In this document: positions 26,162 through 39,183 of the stretch, in pieces | How the letters are laid out: every line of letters begins with the position of its first letter | How positions within the stretch are numbered: the first letter of the stretch is position 1 | NCBI GenBank assembly: GCA_964016885.1 | Contig: OZ024741.1 | Location: forward strand, 373,302,001-373,366,000 | Direction of reading: 5' to 3' | DNA: 64,000 bases | From: Eledone cirrhosa | Lineage: Eukaryota | Program-made: the position numbers and the translations under genes | The notes under the pieces: generated by a model | The model's input: the letters and a program-made list of their open reading frames with translations, nothing else | The model's database searches: none | What the model was told of the DNA's origin: nothing

Positions 26162-26371
26162 TCCTTTGTCAGTGTTGAACAAAAGGGAGACGATGGTTGC
26201 CGAGCACTGTACGGCGTAATTCGGGCTGTTTGTTTACAAACAAACCGAACATTATAATAAATTGTTCGGTAAACCCATACGTACATATATATATATGTGT
26301 GCATGTATGTATATATATATACATACTACTGTACGTCTGTACACATATATGTATGTACGTATACATACTTA

Positions 26372-26406
<35 letters not shown>

Positions 26407-27006
26407 TTATATTGTATTAATTGTATTACAATAATCTTATTAATGCCATTTCTCTGGGAAACAGTGTAGTAAATAACGTATTAAGACCTATATCACCAAA
26501 AAAATGTGAATACTCAGAAATAAAATGTTAAAATAAATTTTAAATATCAGTGAGAATTTATAATAAAAACTTCATCATTTCATTCCCTAGTACATTTTTA
26601 CTAAAATACATTCTTACAGAATTAACTAACCCCTTGGAACTCAGCCACTCTTTGATAGGTTTGTGGTTGAGCCTGTGTCAGTTGAGCCTGTGTCAGTTGA
26701 GACTCTGGCATTCTTGGCTCCTTGACCACATCCCTGCTCACTGCTATTGGAGCAGAGTTGGTTACCAGCAAGTGTGAGCCCTATGAAGTGGAGTGACTGT
26801 TCCAGCACCTCTTCCTCCACTATCTTCTGGGAAATGTTTTCTCCAACCTGTTGGCTGGGATCACAAAGTGGACTGACCCTAAAGTCTTAAGTTTCATTTA
26901 TGGTGGTGGCATGTGGATTAGATTTACTTGCACTTTTGTACATACATATACACAAAGTAGAAGCATTTCATCATTTCCATTCCAGTTTTACATTAACTAA
27001 CTTCAC

Positions 27007-27280
27007 AAGGTGGTGAATTGGCAGAGTGGTTAGGACATCGGATAGAATGCTTTATGGTATTCATTCCGGTTCTCTGAGTTCAAATCCCACCGAGGTCAAA
27101 TTTGCCTTTCATCCTTTCAAGGTAGATGAAAAAGTACCAGTCCAGTGCTGGGGTCGATTCTTCCTCTCTCTTGAAGAAATCTGCTGTACTCGGGCCTGGA
27201 AAAAGATAGGTTTCACCAGGCTTAAAAATGCCCAAGAAATGTTGTATGTCAATATGATGCCCCTATGACTCTATCAGGAG
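27007..27280 (+). mobile_element. tRNA-derived SINE
   Basis: aaggtggtgaattggcagagtggttaggacatcggatagaatgc...ctgagttcaaatcccaccgagg. Confidence 0.8.
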
Positions 27281-28759
27281 TTACGGAGGGTGGGGGAGGG
27301 GGGCATACACCGGAAGTACACATCTGACCTCCTGACATTGTCAACTTGATATCTGACCTGACATTGCTACCTTACGATACATCTGATTTCCTGATGTATG
27401 ACTTAACATTGCTATCTAACTACACACATGACCTCCTGACATATGACTTATCTTGCTATACAACCTTACATCTAACCTCTGACCTCCTGACATAGTTATC
27501 TATTATGACATCTCACCTGTGGCTCTTGTTATTTAAACAGGCAAGGAGACTATTACTTCAATACAGAGAATACTTCCACTAGATACATATTTAAAACTAA
27601 ACAAAGGAAAACAAAATTAGCTAATCTTTATATTTTCTGTTGGTTTGTCGCTAAACCATCAGTAAAGCATTGTAGAAAACTATTATTAACATCAACAACT
27701 AGGCTGTTGGTCTTAATCACCTCACATTACACACAATAATACTATCTATAAATATATAATAATCTAAATCAACAAGGTCCCAGACCTCATTTGCTTACTG
27801 ATTGGGGTGGAATTCATCAGATCAGATCAAGAAAACAATGTTTCCATTGATTTTTCTAATGGCTAAAACTATCTACCAGTCACAACTCCTGACAGAAGGA
27901 GCAATGTGAAATAAAGTGTCTTGTTCAATAACACATTGCCTTGCCCAGGAATCAATCTCAGCCCAGGAATTCTATCTAATGATATACTAAATCATCAACA
28001 ATCAGCAAATATATCAAATTTCCACAAAACCACAGAAGAAAAGATATGAACAAAAAAGACTTACATGTGCTTTTCTTACATCTAGACCATATCTCTAATT
28101 TTTAGAAATGTACCAAGGAAACAAGTGTCTCCCTCATCATCTTCCAGGGAAATGCCTTCTCTATTCTGTCTGCCAGGGCCACAGGGTGGCCAGTGCATGG
28201 GTCCCCATTTGCTCATAATAGTGAGAGTTGGGGAGAGTGGAGGAGATAGAGGCAGTGACAGTTTGAGTTTGGTTTCTTTGTGTTCAGACCTGGTGTATAT
28301 GTATGTGTTTATTTACTGCACCAAACACACATTTATCAAGACACCAACTATAACCCAAGTGATTGTGTACTTCTGTAGCTCAAATTAGACATTCAGTATT
28401 TGTTTTTGCAAAGATTTCAATGCTCATCTAAAAACATTTACAATCTACATTAAGGATCACCAGACTTTTTAGACCATTAGGCCCCTTCATGGAATCTTTG
28501 ACTGCCCCCCCCCCCCCCCCACACCTCATCAACCCCCATTCATGTACAAAAATAAATAACTAAATAAATAAATCAGTAAACAGAATATAAAATACACTGA
28601 CAATAAAGACTAATTATATATAAATCAGAAACCTGTAGAAATAAGTTGTATTTTATTGTATTATTTTATGCATTTTCATTTCTTATACAAACGTTAGGTT
28701 TTAACCCAAATGTTCAATCGATCCCCAAGGGAGAGGAGAAGTTAAAAAATAATAATGGT

Positions 28760-28972
28760 TTCTTATATAGGCACAAGGCCAGCAATTTTGCGAGAGGGGG
28801 AAAGTCGATTAAATTGACCCCAGTGCATGACTGGTACTTTATTTTATCGACCCCATAAGGATGAAAGGCAAAGTTAACCTTGGCGGAATTTGAACTCAGA
28901 TCATAAAGGGCCGTAACTCTATGCTGCAAAGCATGGCGTCCAACCCTCTACTGATACTGCCAATCCACTGAC
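28760..28972 (-). mobile_element. tRNA-derived SINE
   Basis: Reverse-complement match to 35241-35433. Confidence 0.85.
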
Positions 28973-29144
28973 CTAAGTTAAAAAATAATAATGAAAATTA
29001 TTGTGTACAGTGTTCAGGTGCACTACAACAACAGTTCATATTAACCCTTTCGGGATACCTAATCTACATTATTCTGCAAAATATCATGGATGCTCACAAA
29101 TATAAAACATCTCAACCATTAGATAGCACATATGTAATACTTGT

Positions 29145-29490
29145 GAAGGTGTAAGTCTTAGTGGTTAGAGCATTGGGATTACAACTGTCAGGTTGTGAGT
29201 TCAATTTCTGGAGTGGCCAGGCAGTCTGTTGTATACTTGAATAAGACACTATATTTCATGTAACTCCAGTTCACTCAGCAGTAGAAATGTGTTGTAATGT
29301 CACTGATACCAAGCTGTATTAACCTTTGCCTTTCCCTTGGACAACATTGGTGGCATGGAGAGGGAAGACCAGTATGCATGAATGACTGCTGGTCTTACAC
29401 ACAAATAAAAACATGCCCAGACTATGTGCCTTGAAGAGAACTTTCTAGGTACAAAGTCCATAGTCATTTGTGACTGAAAGGGGTCTCTAC
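29145..29490 (+). mobile_element. tRNA-derived SINE
   Basis: cttagtggttagagcattgg...gagttcaatttctgg; matches the reverse complement of 10355-10668. Confidence 0.75.
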
Positions 29491-29921
29491 TTCTAATACT
29501 GGTGAACAAACCTCCATGCCATACATTTCAATCAATATCAAAAATAACCCTGTATAACACCACCATGACATCTAGACAACTTATAAAGAAAGACATGGCT
29601 AAAAATGATGGAGGAGAAAATGATAACCAAGGGGTTGGTGACAGGGATGCAGAGGATATGAAAAAGTGGCAAAGCTTGACATAGGGCCTATGTCATAAGG
29701 CTTAAGCAGGAGAAATGACTAAAATGCTTGTTACTGTCCAGAGTCATATTTAGACCTTGGAGCTTCACAGCAGTTCAAGCTCCTGGGTAGTTCAGGTTTG
29801 GTGGGGCCTAGGGCTGTTCTGGAGGTGGGGAGTTATTTCACAGGGGGGAAACAGGGCATTCACCTCTCCGTCCCAATAAAGCTGGTCCTATTGCTGTCGT
29901 TATACTCAGAAGATATAAGTA

Positions 29922-30089
29922 CCGTATTTCCCGACGTCGAAGGCGCTACTTTTTTCCTAAAATAAATCTCAAAAATCTACCATGCGTCCTGGAGGCCGAA
30001 GGTTGTTTATTATTTCTTTTCAAACTTTTGGTTGTCAAAATTAGAGTGCATCCTCGAGGACGAAGCGTCTTCAGCGCTGGGAAATATGG
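29922..30089. mobile_element. Tc1/mariner (Tc2-like) MITE
   Basis: TIR ccgtatttccc / gggaaatatgg with TA duplicated on both sides; the adjacent tandem copy at about 30108-30148 shows the empty site. Confidence 0.8.
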
Positions 30090-31194
30090 TATATAGAGGA
30101 AATAAAGGTTGTTATATTCAGAAGATATAAGTATATAGAGGAAATAAACTCTACAGGTACCCACTGGCATAACGTTTGGTTAATATTGGTGCACATAAAT
30201 ATGAGAATGGGAGATTGGTAGAATTGGTAGTGTTGGATAAAATGCCATTACAGTAACTTGTTCCGACATTTAACAGTCGGAGCTATTGAGGTCGACTTGC
30301 CTTTGATCCTTCCAAGATCAATAAAATAAAGCAACAGTTAAGTACTAGGGTTGATCAATCAACTATGCCCCCCACTGCCACTCAAAGTTGCTGACCATAT
30401 GCCTCAATTAGAAATCAATATTGGTGTAAATATATTTACATAAATTATTTGTAATATTAGCATGAAGTCCATCTTGAAGTATTTTGGTCCAGAATAACTC
30501 ACAATTTTCTTTCAGAGAACAACAGTCGGCCTTCCCTATTTAATTTTTTTATTTTATTTTTATATTCACTTATCTCTGTATATTTTGTTTTCTATTTCTC
30601 AACAGTAAAAACTACTAGATTCTTTCCCTAGTCTGTCATGACTTACTAGCTCTATATGGACATTTAAATTGATTAAATAAATAAGTGAATAGAAGACTGA
30701 CAAGACAAAACTTGACTGTCAACATTATAAGTGATTGTATACACATTATATCCATTATTTACCTCTTGCTCTCAACGAAAACAAAACACAATTTCATAGT
30801 ACTTAGAAATATAATTGATGCAGAGTATAGCCACAGACATTTTCAATACATGTAGCTGTTTCATTCCATGAGGCTACATGTCAAAACAATTGTAAACACT
30901 TTAATACATTAGCATATGCTAACAATGTTATTGTAAATTACTTTGTCTAATATGATTTAGTCATTATCTTCGTCAACATTATTAAAATTAATGTAAAGGA
31001 TGATGTGCTCATGTACAGAGGTGTTAAAAATTGCTTAAAAAATAGGGTGAAGATCATTTAAAGATGGAAAAAGAAGTTGGCATTAATCATTATGAGGAAT
31101 CTCCCAGATACTGGATAAAACTTCTTTTTCCCATCTTCAAAGGGTCTTCACTCTGTTTTGTAAGCTATTTTGAAGCATCTCCATACATGAGCAC

Positions 31195-33820
31195 ATCAGC
31201 AGGAAGTTTTTTTCTGCGATATACGTATGACCATGTCAACACTGCTACTTGGAGTCGTTTACCGTCCCCCAAATTACCATCAGGACACTCAACTTTGTGA
31301 TATCCTCAGAGCTGCTGCCAGGAAGACAGCCACTTATGTTTTCATTGCAGGTGACTTCAATCACCCTGAGATTGACTGGGAGACCTTTCGTTGGCCGCCA
31401 AGTGCAAATGACTTCCTTGAGCTGGTGCTGGACTCGAGTTGGTCCCAGGTGGTCACCTCCCCAACGAGAGGTGACAACACTTTGGACCTACTCTTCACCA
31501 CTACTCCTGAAACGGTCATTAGTGTTACTGCTGAGGAACCTTTAGGTGACTCTGATCATGCTATGATCATTGCCAATCTATCCCTCATGGGCAGTAACAA
31601 GAACCACAACCATCTCCAAACTGCTCACTTTGACTGGAATAAAGCAGACTGGAACTGTTACTGCACCGAGTTGCAACGGCCAAACTGGCTTGAGTTCTAT
31701 GACTCTGGAGATGTCAACACTGTACTCCAGAACATCCTGAGCTCAATATGGACAGCATGTGCAGCATCAGTGCCACGTAAGCGGAAAAAACATCCTAAAA
31801 GCGCAATTTGGGAGACTGCAGCAGTCCGTCTTGCCAGAAAAGAACGGCGCAATGCTGAACGTGAGTACAAACTTCACAAATCAGACATTAATAGGAAGAG
31901 GCGAAATAGATCGTCCAACCACCTCAAACAGGTGACAAAAAAGGCAGTGCTTCAATTTGAGCAGCGCATAGCAACCAGCCCTGACAGTAAGGTGTTCTGG
32001 AAGTATGTTCACTCAAAGCAGAGGCCTCACTCTCCAGTTGGTCCTCTTCGCAATCCCCACACAAGCCAGGTTACTGACGACCCCAAGGAATGCGCAGAGC
32101 TCATTGCTGAATGCTATGCAGGCATTTTCACCATTGAAGACCAGAGTGTACCATCTCCACCACCTATGACACCGGACTCTATTACAACCATGGAATTTAC
32201 ACCTGCAATGCTGCGACGTCACCTAAAAAATAAACGCAACCATGCCTCTCCTGGTCTTGATGGTGTTACGTACCTGCTTCTTAAACGTGGTGGGTACTTC
32301 CTTCTACACCAGTTATCACGCTTCTTCCAATTCTGTCTGAACAACAGTGCTACTCCAGAACAGTGGAAAACTGCCAGTGTCATTCCTCTGTTCAAAAAGG
32401 GTGACCGCACATCACCTGTGAACTATCGTCCAGTCAGTCTTACTAGTTGCATCGCCAAACTGATGGAATCCTGTGTCAGAGAAACACTTTGGAACTTCTG
32501 GAGCTCTCACAGTCTTATCCGGCCCTCGCAATTTGGATTTATCCCCAACTCCAGCTGCTGTGATCAACTTATAGAGTTTCTTGAGGACATCACCCGGATC
32601 ACTGATGGCGGCTCATGGGTGGATGTTGTTTACCGTGACTTTGCGAAGGCCTTCAATTCTGTGCCACACAAAAGGCTTATGGCAAAACTCTCTGCAATGG
32701 GTGTGAAGGATGATCTTTTTAACTGGTTGAAGTCCTTCATTCTCAGTCGAAGAGAGGTAGTCACGGTTCTGGGACAGCATTCCTCACCATATGAGATGTC
32801 ATCTGGTGTACCTCAGGGATCTGTTCTTGGCCCCCTTTTGTTTGTGGCATATATTAATGACATAGATGCCAACTTAAGGAATGCCACAGTACTAAAGTAC
32901 GCAGACGACATCAAGCTGTACCTTGAGATAAAAAGGACAGATCCTGAACACTATAGATCTTGCTTGCAGTCTGACCTGGACACAATGCAACAGTGGATCT
33001 CAGACTGGCAACTCAAGCTAGCTGTGGACAAGTGCACCACCATGCATTTTGTGAGTAAAAACCCAGCGTCCACATACTCCCTCCACAGCACTAATATCAA
33101 GAAGTCTTCCTGTGAACGTGACCTGGGCATTACGGTCAGCAGCGATTTGCGTTGGACGAGGCACGTCTCTAAAATTGTCAAGAGGGCCGAGGGTGTCTTA
33201 GCATCACTCAGCAAGACCTTTGTCAGCCGCTCTCCAGATATCTATTTAAGGCTGTATACAGCTATGGTGCGACCACACTTAGAATTTGCATCACCAGTCT
33301 GGAACCCCTATCTTGCTCAGGACATTGACCGCCTGGAAACTGTTCAGAGACGTGCAACCAAGCGAATACCCTCCATCAGGCATCTACCATACTCTGAGCG
33401 CCTTGCTTCCCTGGGCATGGATTCATTGAAGCTCCGACGCCTGGCAACTGACTTGGTAAACACCCACAAAATTGTTAACCATGTTGCCAACAACAACCCT
33501 GAGTGCCTTTTCGATTTCCATGTGTCTAACACACGTGGACATGCCCACAAAGTAAGAAAACAGCACAGTTCCCATGACTTTCGGAAACATTTTTTCACGC
33601 TCAGAGTTGCTGAAGCATGGAACAAACTACCTGCATCAGTTGTTAGCTGTCGAGACACTGCATCCTTTAAGGCCTCCATGCTTCCCGAGATCCGCCAACA
33701 CTACAGCTAACACATACAAACATGTACTTCCCTGGCATTTGTGTATTATTCTATGTACTATATTGACGAGTTGTAGTGCACCTGAGCACTTTACACAATA
33801 ATTTCATTATTATTATTATA
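31195..33820 (+). mobile_element. CR1/L2-type (Jockey group) LINE, 5'-truncated, young
   Basis: Open APE(partial)+RT ORF, short 3'UTR ending tgtagtgcacctgagcactttacacaataatttc(att)n. Confidence 0.9.
31227..33710 (+). CDS. LINE ORF2: C-terminal half of AP endonuclease plus reverse transcriptase (827 aa, N-terminally truncated)
   Basis: Motifs VYRPP, GDFNHP, TRGDNTLDL, SDH, NYRPVSLTS, QFGF, DFAKAF, GVPQGSVLGP, YADD and RPHLEF...W. Confidence 0.9.
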   Translation: MTMSTLLLGVVYRPPNYHQDTQLCDILRAAARKTATYVFIAGDFNHPEIDWETFRWPPSANDFLELVLDSSWSQVVTSPTRGDNTLDLLFTTTPETVISVTAEEPLGDSDHAMIIANLSLMGSNKNHNHLQTAHFDWNKADWNCYCTELQRPNWLEFYDSGDVNTVLQNILSSIWTACAASVPRKRKKHPKSAIWETAAVRLARKERRNAEREYKLHKSDINRKRRNRSSNHLKQVTKKAVLQFEQRIATSPDSKVFWKYVHSKQRPHSPVGPLRNPHTSQVTDDPKECAELIAECYAGIFTIEDQSVPSPPPMTPDSITTMEFTPAMLRRHLKNKRNHASPGLDGVTYLLLKRGGYFLLHQLSRFFQFCLNNSATPEQWKTASVIPLFKKGDRTSPVNYRPVSLTSCIAKLMESCVRETLWNFWSSHSLIRPSQFGFIPNSSCCDQLIEFLEDITRITDGGSWVDVVYRDFAKAFNSVPHKRLMAKLSAMGVKDDLFNWLKSFILSRREVVTVLGQHSSPYEMSSGVPQGSVLGPLLFVAYINDIDANLRNATVLKYADDIKLYLEIKRTDPEHYRSCLQSDLDTMQQWISDWQLKLAVDKCTTMHFVSKNPASTYSLHSTNIKKSSCERDLGITVSSDLRWTRHVSKIVKRAEGVLASLSKTFVSRSPDIYLRLYTAMVRPHLEFASPVWNPYLAQDIDRLETVQRRATKRIPSIRHLPYSERLASLGMDSLKLRRLATDLVNTHKIVNHVANNNPECLFDFHVSNTRGHAHKVRKQHSSHDFRKHFFTLRVAEAWNKLPASVVSCRDTASFKASMLPEIRQHYS

Positions 33821-35240
33821 TCATTCCTTATATTAGCCTTATCTTCTCAGTGCTTTGTAAAAGTCCAAATGATCAGCTATGTAAATATTATCATTGCTTT
33901 TATAACACCTTTTCCATGATGGCATGAGTTAGATGGAACATTTTAAAGCAATATTTACAGCTGGATGACCTTCCTGACACCAATCTTTTAGTCACCTCTT
34001 ACAACATGTGAGGATTTGGTGTACCTATTCTAAACCAGACACACATAACACTCTTTTTTTGGCATTCAGTATTGAGATGATCTTCATAAAAGTGGTCCCA
34101 TTTTCTTATATTGAAGGGTCTCATATGTGTTATATAGTAAATTAAAAAACAATATAATGAATTGAAAAACTTCAATCAACTAAAGTTATTGAACCAAAAT
34201 GTAGACCAAACTCCTTTGTATGATATTTAAAATCTAAAAACATAACGTAAGGAAAACAACTCCAGTAAGCTACATGTATATATCATAATCATCATAATTA
34301 CCTTTATCATCTTTACATTGAATTTTCCATGCTAACATGAATTGGACAGGGCATTTACGAGGTAATGTTTTACAGCAGGATGCCCTTCCTGACTAACCCT
34401 TTTAGTCACCTCCTTAAAACACTTTAAACTGGATATTTGAAAAGAGAAATATACCAAAAGATTTGAACAATCAATTTATATTTTTTATTTAAATTGTTTT
34501 TAGGTTTCCAAATTTATTTTAACCCTTTTCATTCCAAACCAACAGAAACCTTTCCCGACTCTACAATAAAAAAAAAATAGCTTGTCAACTTTGATGTTCA
34601 CTCTTCTAAGTCAAGAACTACGATTCAAATAATCAACTTTCTCATTTCCTCAAATAGCTGACCTAGTGCCAATGTTAGAAAGAATTGTGATATCGTAGAA
34701 TGTTCTGCAATGTTGCAGTCTGAGTGAATTTAACATGTAAATAACTGTTACAAACAAGTTGTAACTTGTTTTCACAACAAACTGTAGTCTTTGCATGATC
34801 AGGTTATCTTTCAATTCAGTATATATTTTATAACTGACCTATGAGTGAAGCCTATGATTGTGTAGTGTGCTATTTGTGTTTTTGTAGAAATATATTGCAA
34901 TGGCTCTGTTTATGGTTCTCTCTTAATATAAGAAGAAAAAGGACTTGATCAACAAGATCCCAGACCTCATTTGCTCACCAAGTGGGTTGAAACTTGTCCA
35001 ATAGGACCAAGGAAACAATGTTTCCATTGGTATTTCCATTACCAATACTATCTACCAGTTGCAACTCCTAGCAGAAAGAGCATTGTGAAATAAAGTATCT
35101 TACTCAAGGACATAACATTCGCCCAATCTGGAAATCAAACTCACAACCTCTTGATTGTGAATCCAATTCTCTGACCATTAACCCACGTGCCTCCTCTTAG
35201 TACAAGTGGATCTATATTATTTTGACATCTCATCTACCAG

Positions 35241-35433
35241 GGTAGTGGATTGGCAGTATCGGTAGAGGGTCGGATGCCGTGCTTTGCAGCATAGAGTTAC
35301 CGCCCTTTACGGTCTGAGTTCAAATCCCGCGGAGGTTAGCTTTGCCTTTCATCCTTATGGGGTCGATAAAATAATGTACCAGTAATGCACTGGGATAATT
35401 GCTGGCCTCGTGCCAAAAGCAGAAACAATTATT
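35241..35433 (+). mobile_element. tRNA-derived SINE (young, CpG-retaining copy)
   Basis: gtggattggcagtatcggtagagggtcgg...ctgagttcaaatcccgcggagg...tgccaaaagcagaaacaattatta. Confidence 0.85.
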
Positions 35434-37901
35434 ATTGGCATCTCAACATGACCTTCCTGCATGTTCTGACACACTTCATCACAAATCTAAATATTTCACA
35501 TTTCTCATCCTTAAAACACCCCACCACCCACTTTCCCATCTTAGGTAAGCCTGCAATCTTGTATGTTTCTGCTGCTCTTTTATTATATTCTTCTTACTTT
35601 ATCTACTGAATTCTTTCACTGCAATCTTGCCTCCTGCCAACTTTGGATCAACTCCAGCCTCAATAATTAGGTTTGGTTTGTAATAGTTTTTCCAATATGA
35701 ACATTCAGCTGTCCTCAGTAATATTCTCTATCTTATTTAGTAATATACTAATACTCTGAGGAAGTTAGCTCTAGTAGAAGTATCTGTCGTGCTACATTTT
35801 TCTACTTTCTTTCTTGTGATATTCTTTCCTAACCACTTTAAATCTATTCATTACTAATCTAAATTAGGACACATGTTTCATCCAAGCTAGACAGTATATT
35901 TATAACAAAATTTTTGTCTATCTTGGTAGTCAAGACAAAATAAATTTATGTCACGGCCCCATCTTGTGAATTAGCTGATATTTTGAAAATATATATTGTC
36001 AAAGGTCAGTAAATTTAATATCACAACTTTAAAAGTCTGTTATTCTTTAAATCTTAAATATTCAAGTGCAGTTGCTTATCTATCCTGGTGTTTCCAAAAT
36101 ATAATCCTTTCCCAAAAACAAACTCTAAAAAAACAGCAGGAATTAAATTATAACTTCTAAATTTAGTATAAATGAAACTGTGTTAAAATTTCCTGTGGTA
36201 GTTTAAATATAGTTATATATTTTAATGTCAGATCTTCAAGTTTTACTTTTTATAAAACAAAAATATTTTAATTTTCATGTTTTCTCATGTTTCTTCTACA
36301 GATTTAATCTATCTTTTATAAACATTGGACAAAATATTATGAAGAAATTTAGAAATAATAACAAAGTAAATATCATTAAAATTTTAATGACAACTAAAAT
36401 TGAGACAACTAGAATTTATTAATCAATGATGTAAATAATGATTTTTAAGGAGAAGTTGTAGGGACAGGGTTAAGATTAAAACATAAAATGTGTCAACTTG
36501 AAAAATTAATTTTTTATTAAAAGAAATATTTAGATGTTGCCATTGGAAACAGATAAAAGAAAGAAGGAAAGAGTACATTAGAGATATGTTGACATTTATA
36601 GATTTTGCCTAACAACCTGTAAATAGAGCATTCCATTCACGAAACCAATTTGAAAAGAGAACATTTTCAAATTAATTACTTTACCTTCTTTTAAAATTTC
36701 AAATATAAATGAAGGTTTTAAAAATATTTGATTATCTGAAAATTAATATTTTTGTGTAGACTTTTTCTATTCAAGAGAACATAAGTTATGAAGAATGATT
36801 TGTCTAAAGAATCTGTTGAAATTAGATTGGAATTGAATTCTTATTAATTATCATGATGAGAAAAATCTAAGAATTGTTAATCAGTTATTATTACAAGCAG
36901 TAAGAAGTAATTTTTTTTGATATGTTGAAATATTTATTTAATTCTTTATCATTTTACAGAAATATTAGAGCTATACAATTAAACATCACAAAGTCTTGAT
37001 TAAAAATTATATTTATTTTATTCCTTGTATGTGTTTATATTTTGGTTTACGAAATTATATATAGCAATATTGACTTCAAGAAGTGAAACTTTATCAAAAT
37101 AAAAATTTGTCTAGTGATCCATGCATCATCAATTTTTTCATCTAGTCTACCTTCAAAGAAGCTTCTAGATAATTGCATGTGTCACACTATTTAACCCTTC
37201 TGTTATATTTCTAATGAAAGACACAGATTATGATTTTCAAATTATTTCCCAAGTATTCAAGAATTTAGAGAGATTTAGTAATATAACAGATTTTCTCTTT
37301 AACCTGATGCATTCTTACATAAAATTATATCGAATAATTATAATATTTGATTTATTTGCAAGCTAACAGCCTCCTTACGCTATGTTTTTTAGATGACCAT
37401 TGCCATCCTTTTGTTCTAGCAGTGACATAGAGAAACAATTAACAATTACATTTACATATCCACTATGTTAGAGCAAAAAAACAAACTCTAATTTTGTTTT
37501 TAAGATAGAAAGTTTTTGGATAAATACAATGTGTCCATTTTATTAAGATAGTAAGGAAATTGGCTGCTATTTCTAACATATCCAGTGACCATGTTGAGAC
37601 TCCCCTGTTTTACTTTTGCTGTGATTAACTAAGTTGTTTAATCCTTTTCATACTAAACCATCTGAAACTACCCCTGGCTTTATGATACAAAGCTGTTTAT
37701 TTTATCTAAAAACCTTATATTATAATTCTACATAAGAACTTTCAACTCAAAAATGAAAAAGTTAGTTATTTTACTAAATTGCTTAAAATTTTTTAATTAT
37801 TCTCAAAATTATTTGAAAATTTTAAGTAATGTCTTTTATTAGATATCAAGTAGTAAAAGGGTTAATTTGTGTTTATTTTTGTATTATCTACCAATGTATT
37901 A

Positions 37902-38180
37902 AGGTGGCAAATTGGCACTTATTAGAACATCGGATAGAGTGCTTTGTAATATTCATTCCTGCTCTCTGAGTTCAAATCCTGCCATGGTCAACTTTACCTT
38001 TAATCCATTCAAGCTCATTAAAAAGCATACCAGTCAAATACTGAGGTTGATTCTTCCTCTATATCTCTTTCTCACGTTATATCCTTTTCTGGAAGAAACC
38101 TACTGTACACAAGCCTGGAGGGGGATGGGTTTTACGAGGCTTAAAATGCTCTAGAAATGCCATATGGAGCCCCTACGACT
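37902..38180 (+). mobile_element. tRNA-derived SINE
   Basis: Same family as 150-438 and 27007-27280. Confidence 0.75.
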
Positions 38181-39183
38181 ACATCAGGAGTTATAGGACC
38201 ATACTGTTCCAATGCATTCTTATAGAAAACTAAACTATTTTAGAAGTTACAGAAAACGTTCTGCAAATTAAATATGTTTTTATTGAAATCTATAAACAAT
38301 ATAATTGAAGCTTGACTAAAACCCTTCAAGGCAGTGCCCCAGAATGGCCTCAGTTCAATGACTGAAACCAATAAATGAATAAAAGAGTAGCCGTCAAAAC
38401 CTCACAATTAGAATTTCAGTTTTTATTTTTCAATTTTTAAGCTATTTGGTACCAACCCAGCCCAAACTGGTTCCTGTTCTATGTAAAAAAACGTTTAAAT
38501 AATAATAATTGTTTCTACTTTAGGCACAAGGCCAGCAATTACCCAGTGCATTACTGGTACTTTATTTTATCGACCCCGTAAGGATGAAAGGCAAAGTCAA
38601 CCTCGGTGGGATTTGAACTCAGAGATCTTCCAATATAATTTTATATAAAAATAATATGCTGTTACTATCTTAGTAATGAAATAGTAATTTTAGTAAATCT
38701 CTCAAAACCTTTCATTGATTATTTGAAATAGGGCGGTGGATTGGCAGTACCGGTAGAGGGTCGGACGCCATGCTTTGACGCATAGAGTTACGGCCCTTAC
38801 CATTCTGAGTTCAAATCCTTGTGCCAAAAGTAGAAACAATTATTTGAAATAGAGTGCATTTCATTAAAAGTACAATAACAAATTGATTAAATATAATTAT
38901 ATTAAATCTTATAAATTATCAAAACACTGGAAGTGTTTGAAAATTGAAAATGTGAGCATCCCGAATGCAGAAAATAATTGTAATAATAGTTGGTTACTAT
39001 GGATAATAGTTGAAAAAATTGTGTTAATTACCCTCAGAGACTACCCACTTTTACCTCTAAGGGTAATTTACCCACTTTTCTTTATTATCTATAGTGGTTG
39101 ACTATTATTACAGTTATTTGAGACTCACACATTTTCAAATAACTATTCTATTTTCATTGCGCTCCTATTTGCATCCTGTAAAA

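Noticed and set aside
25602-26178. ORFs spanning the N-run
   Set aside because: Artefacts of the assembly gap
35525-35552. Plus-strand AG|GT juxtaposition (cccatcttag|gtaagc)
   Set aside because: Shorter, interrupted pyrimidine tract, weaker donor and opposite strand to the better-supported site; compatible with chance
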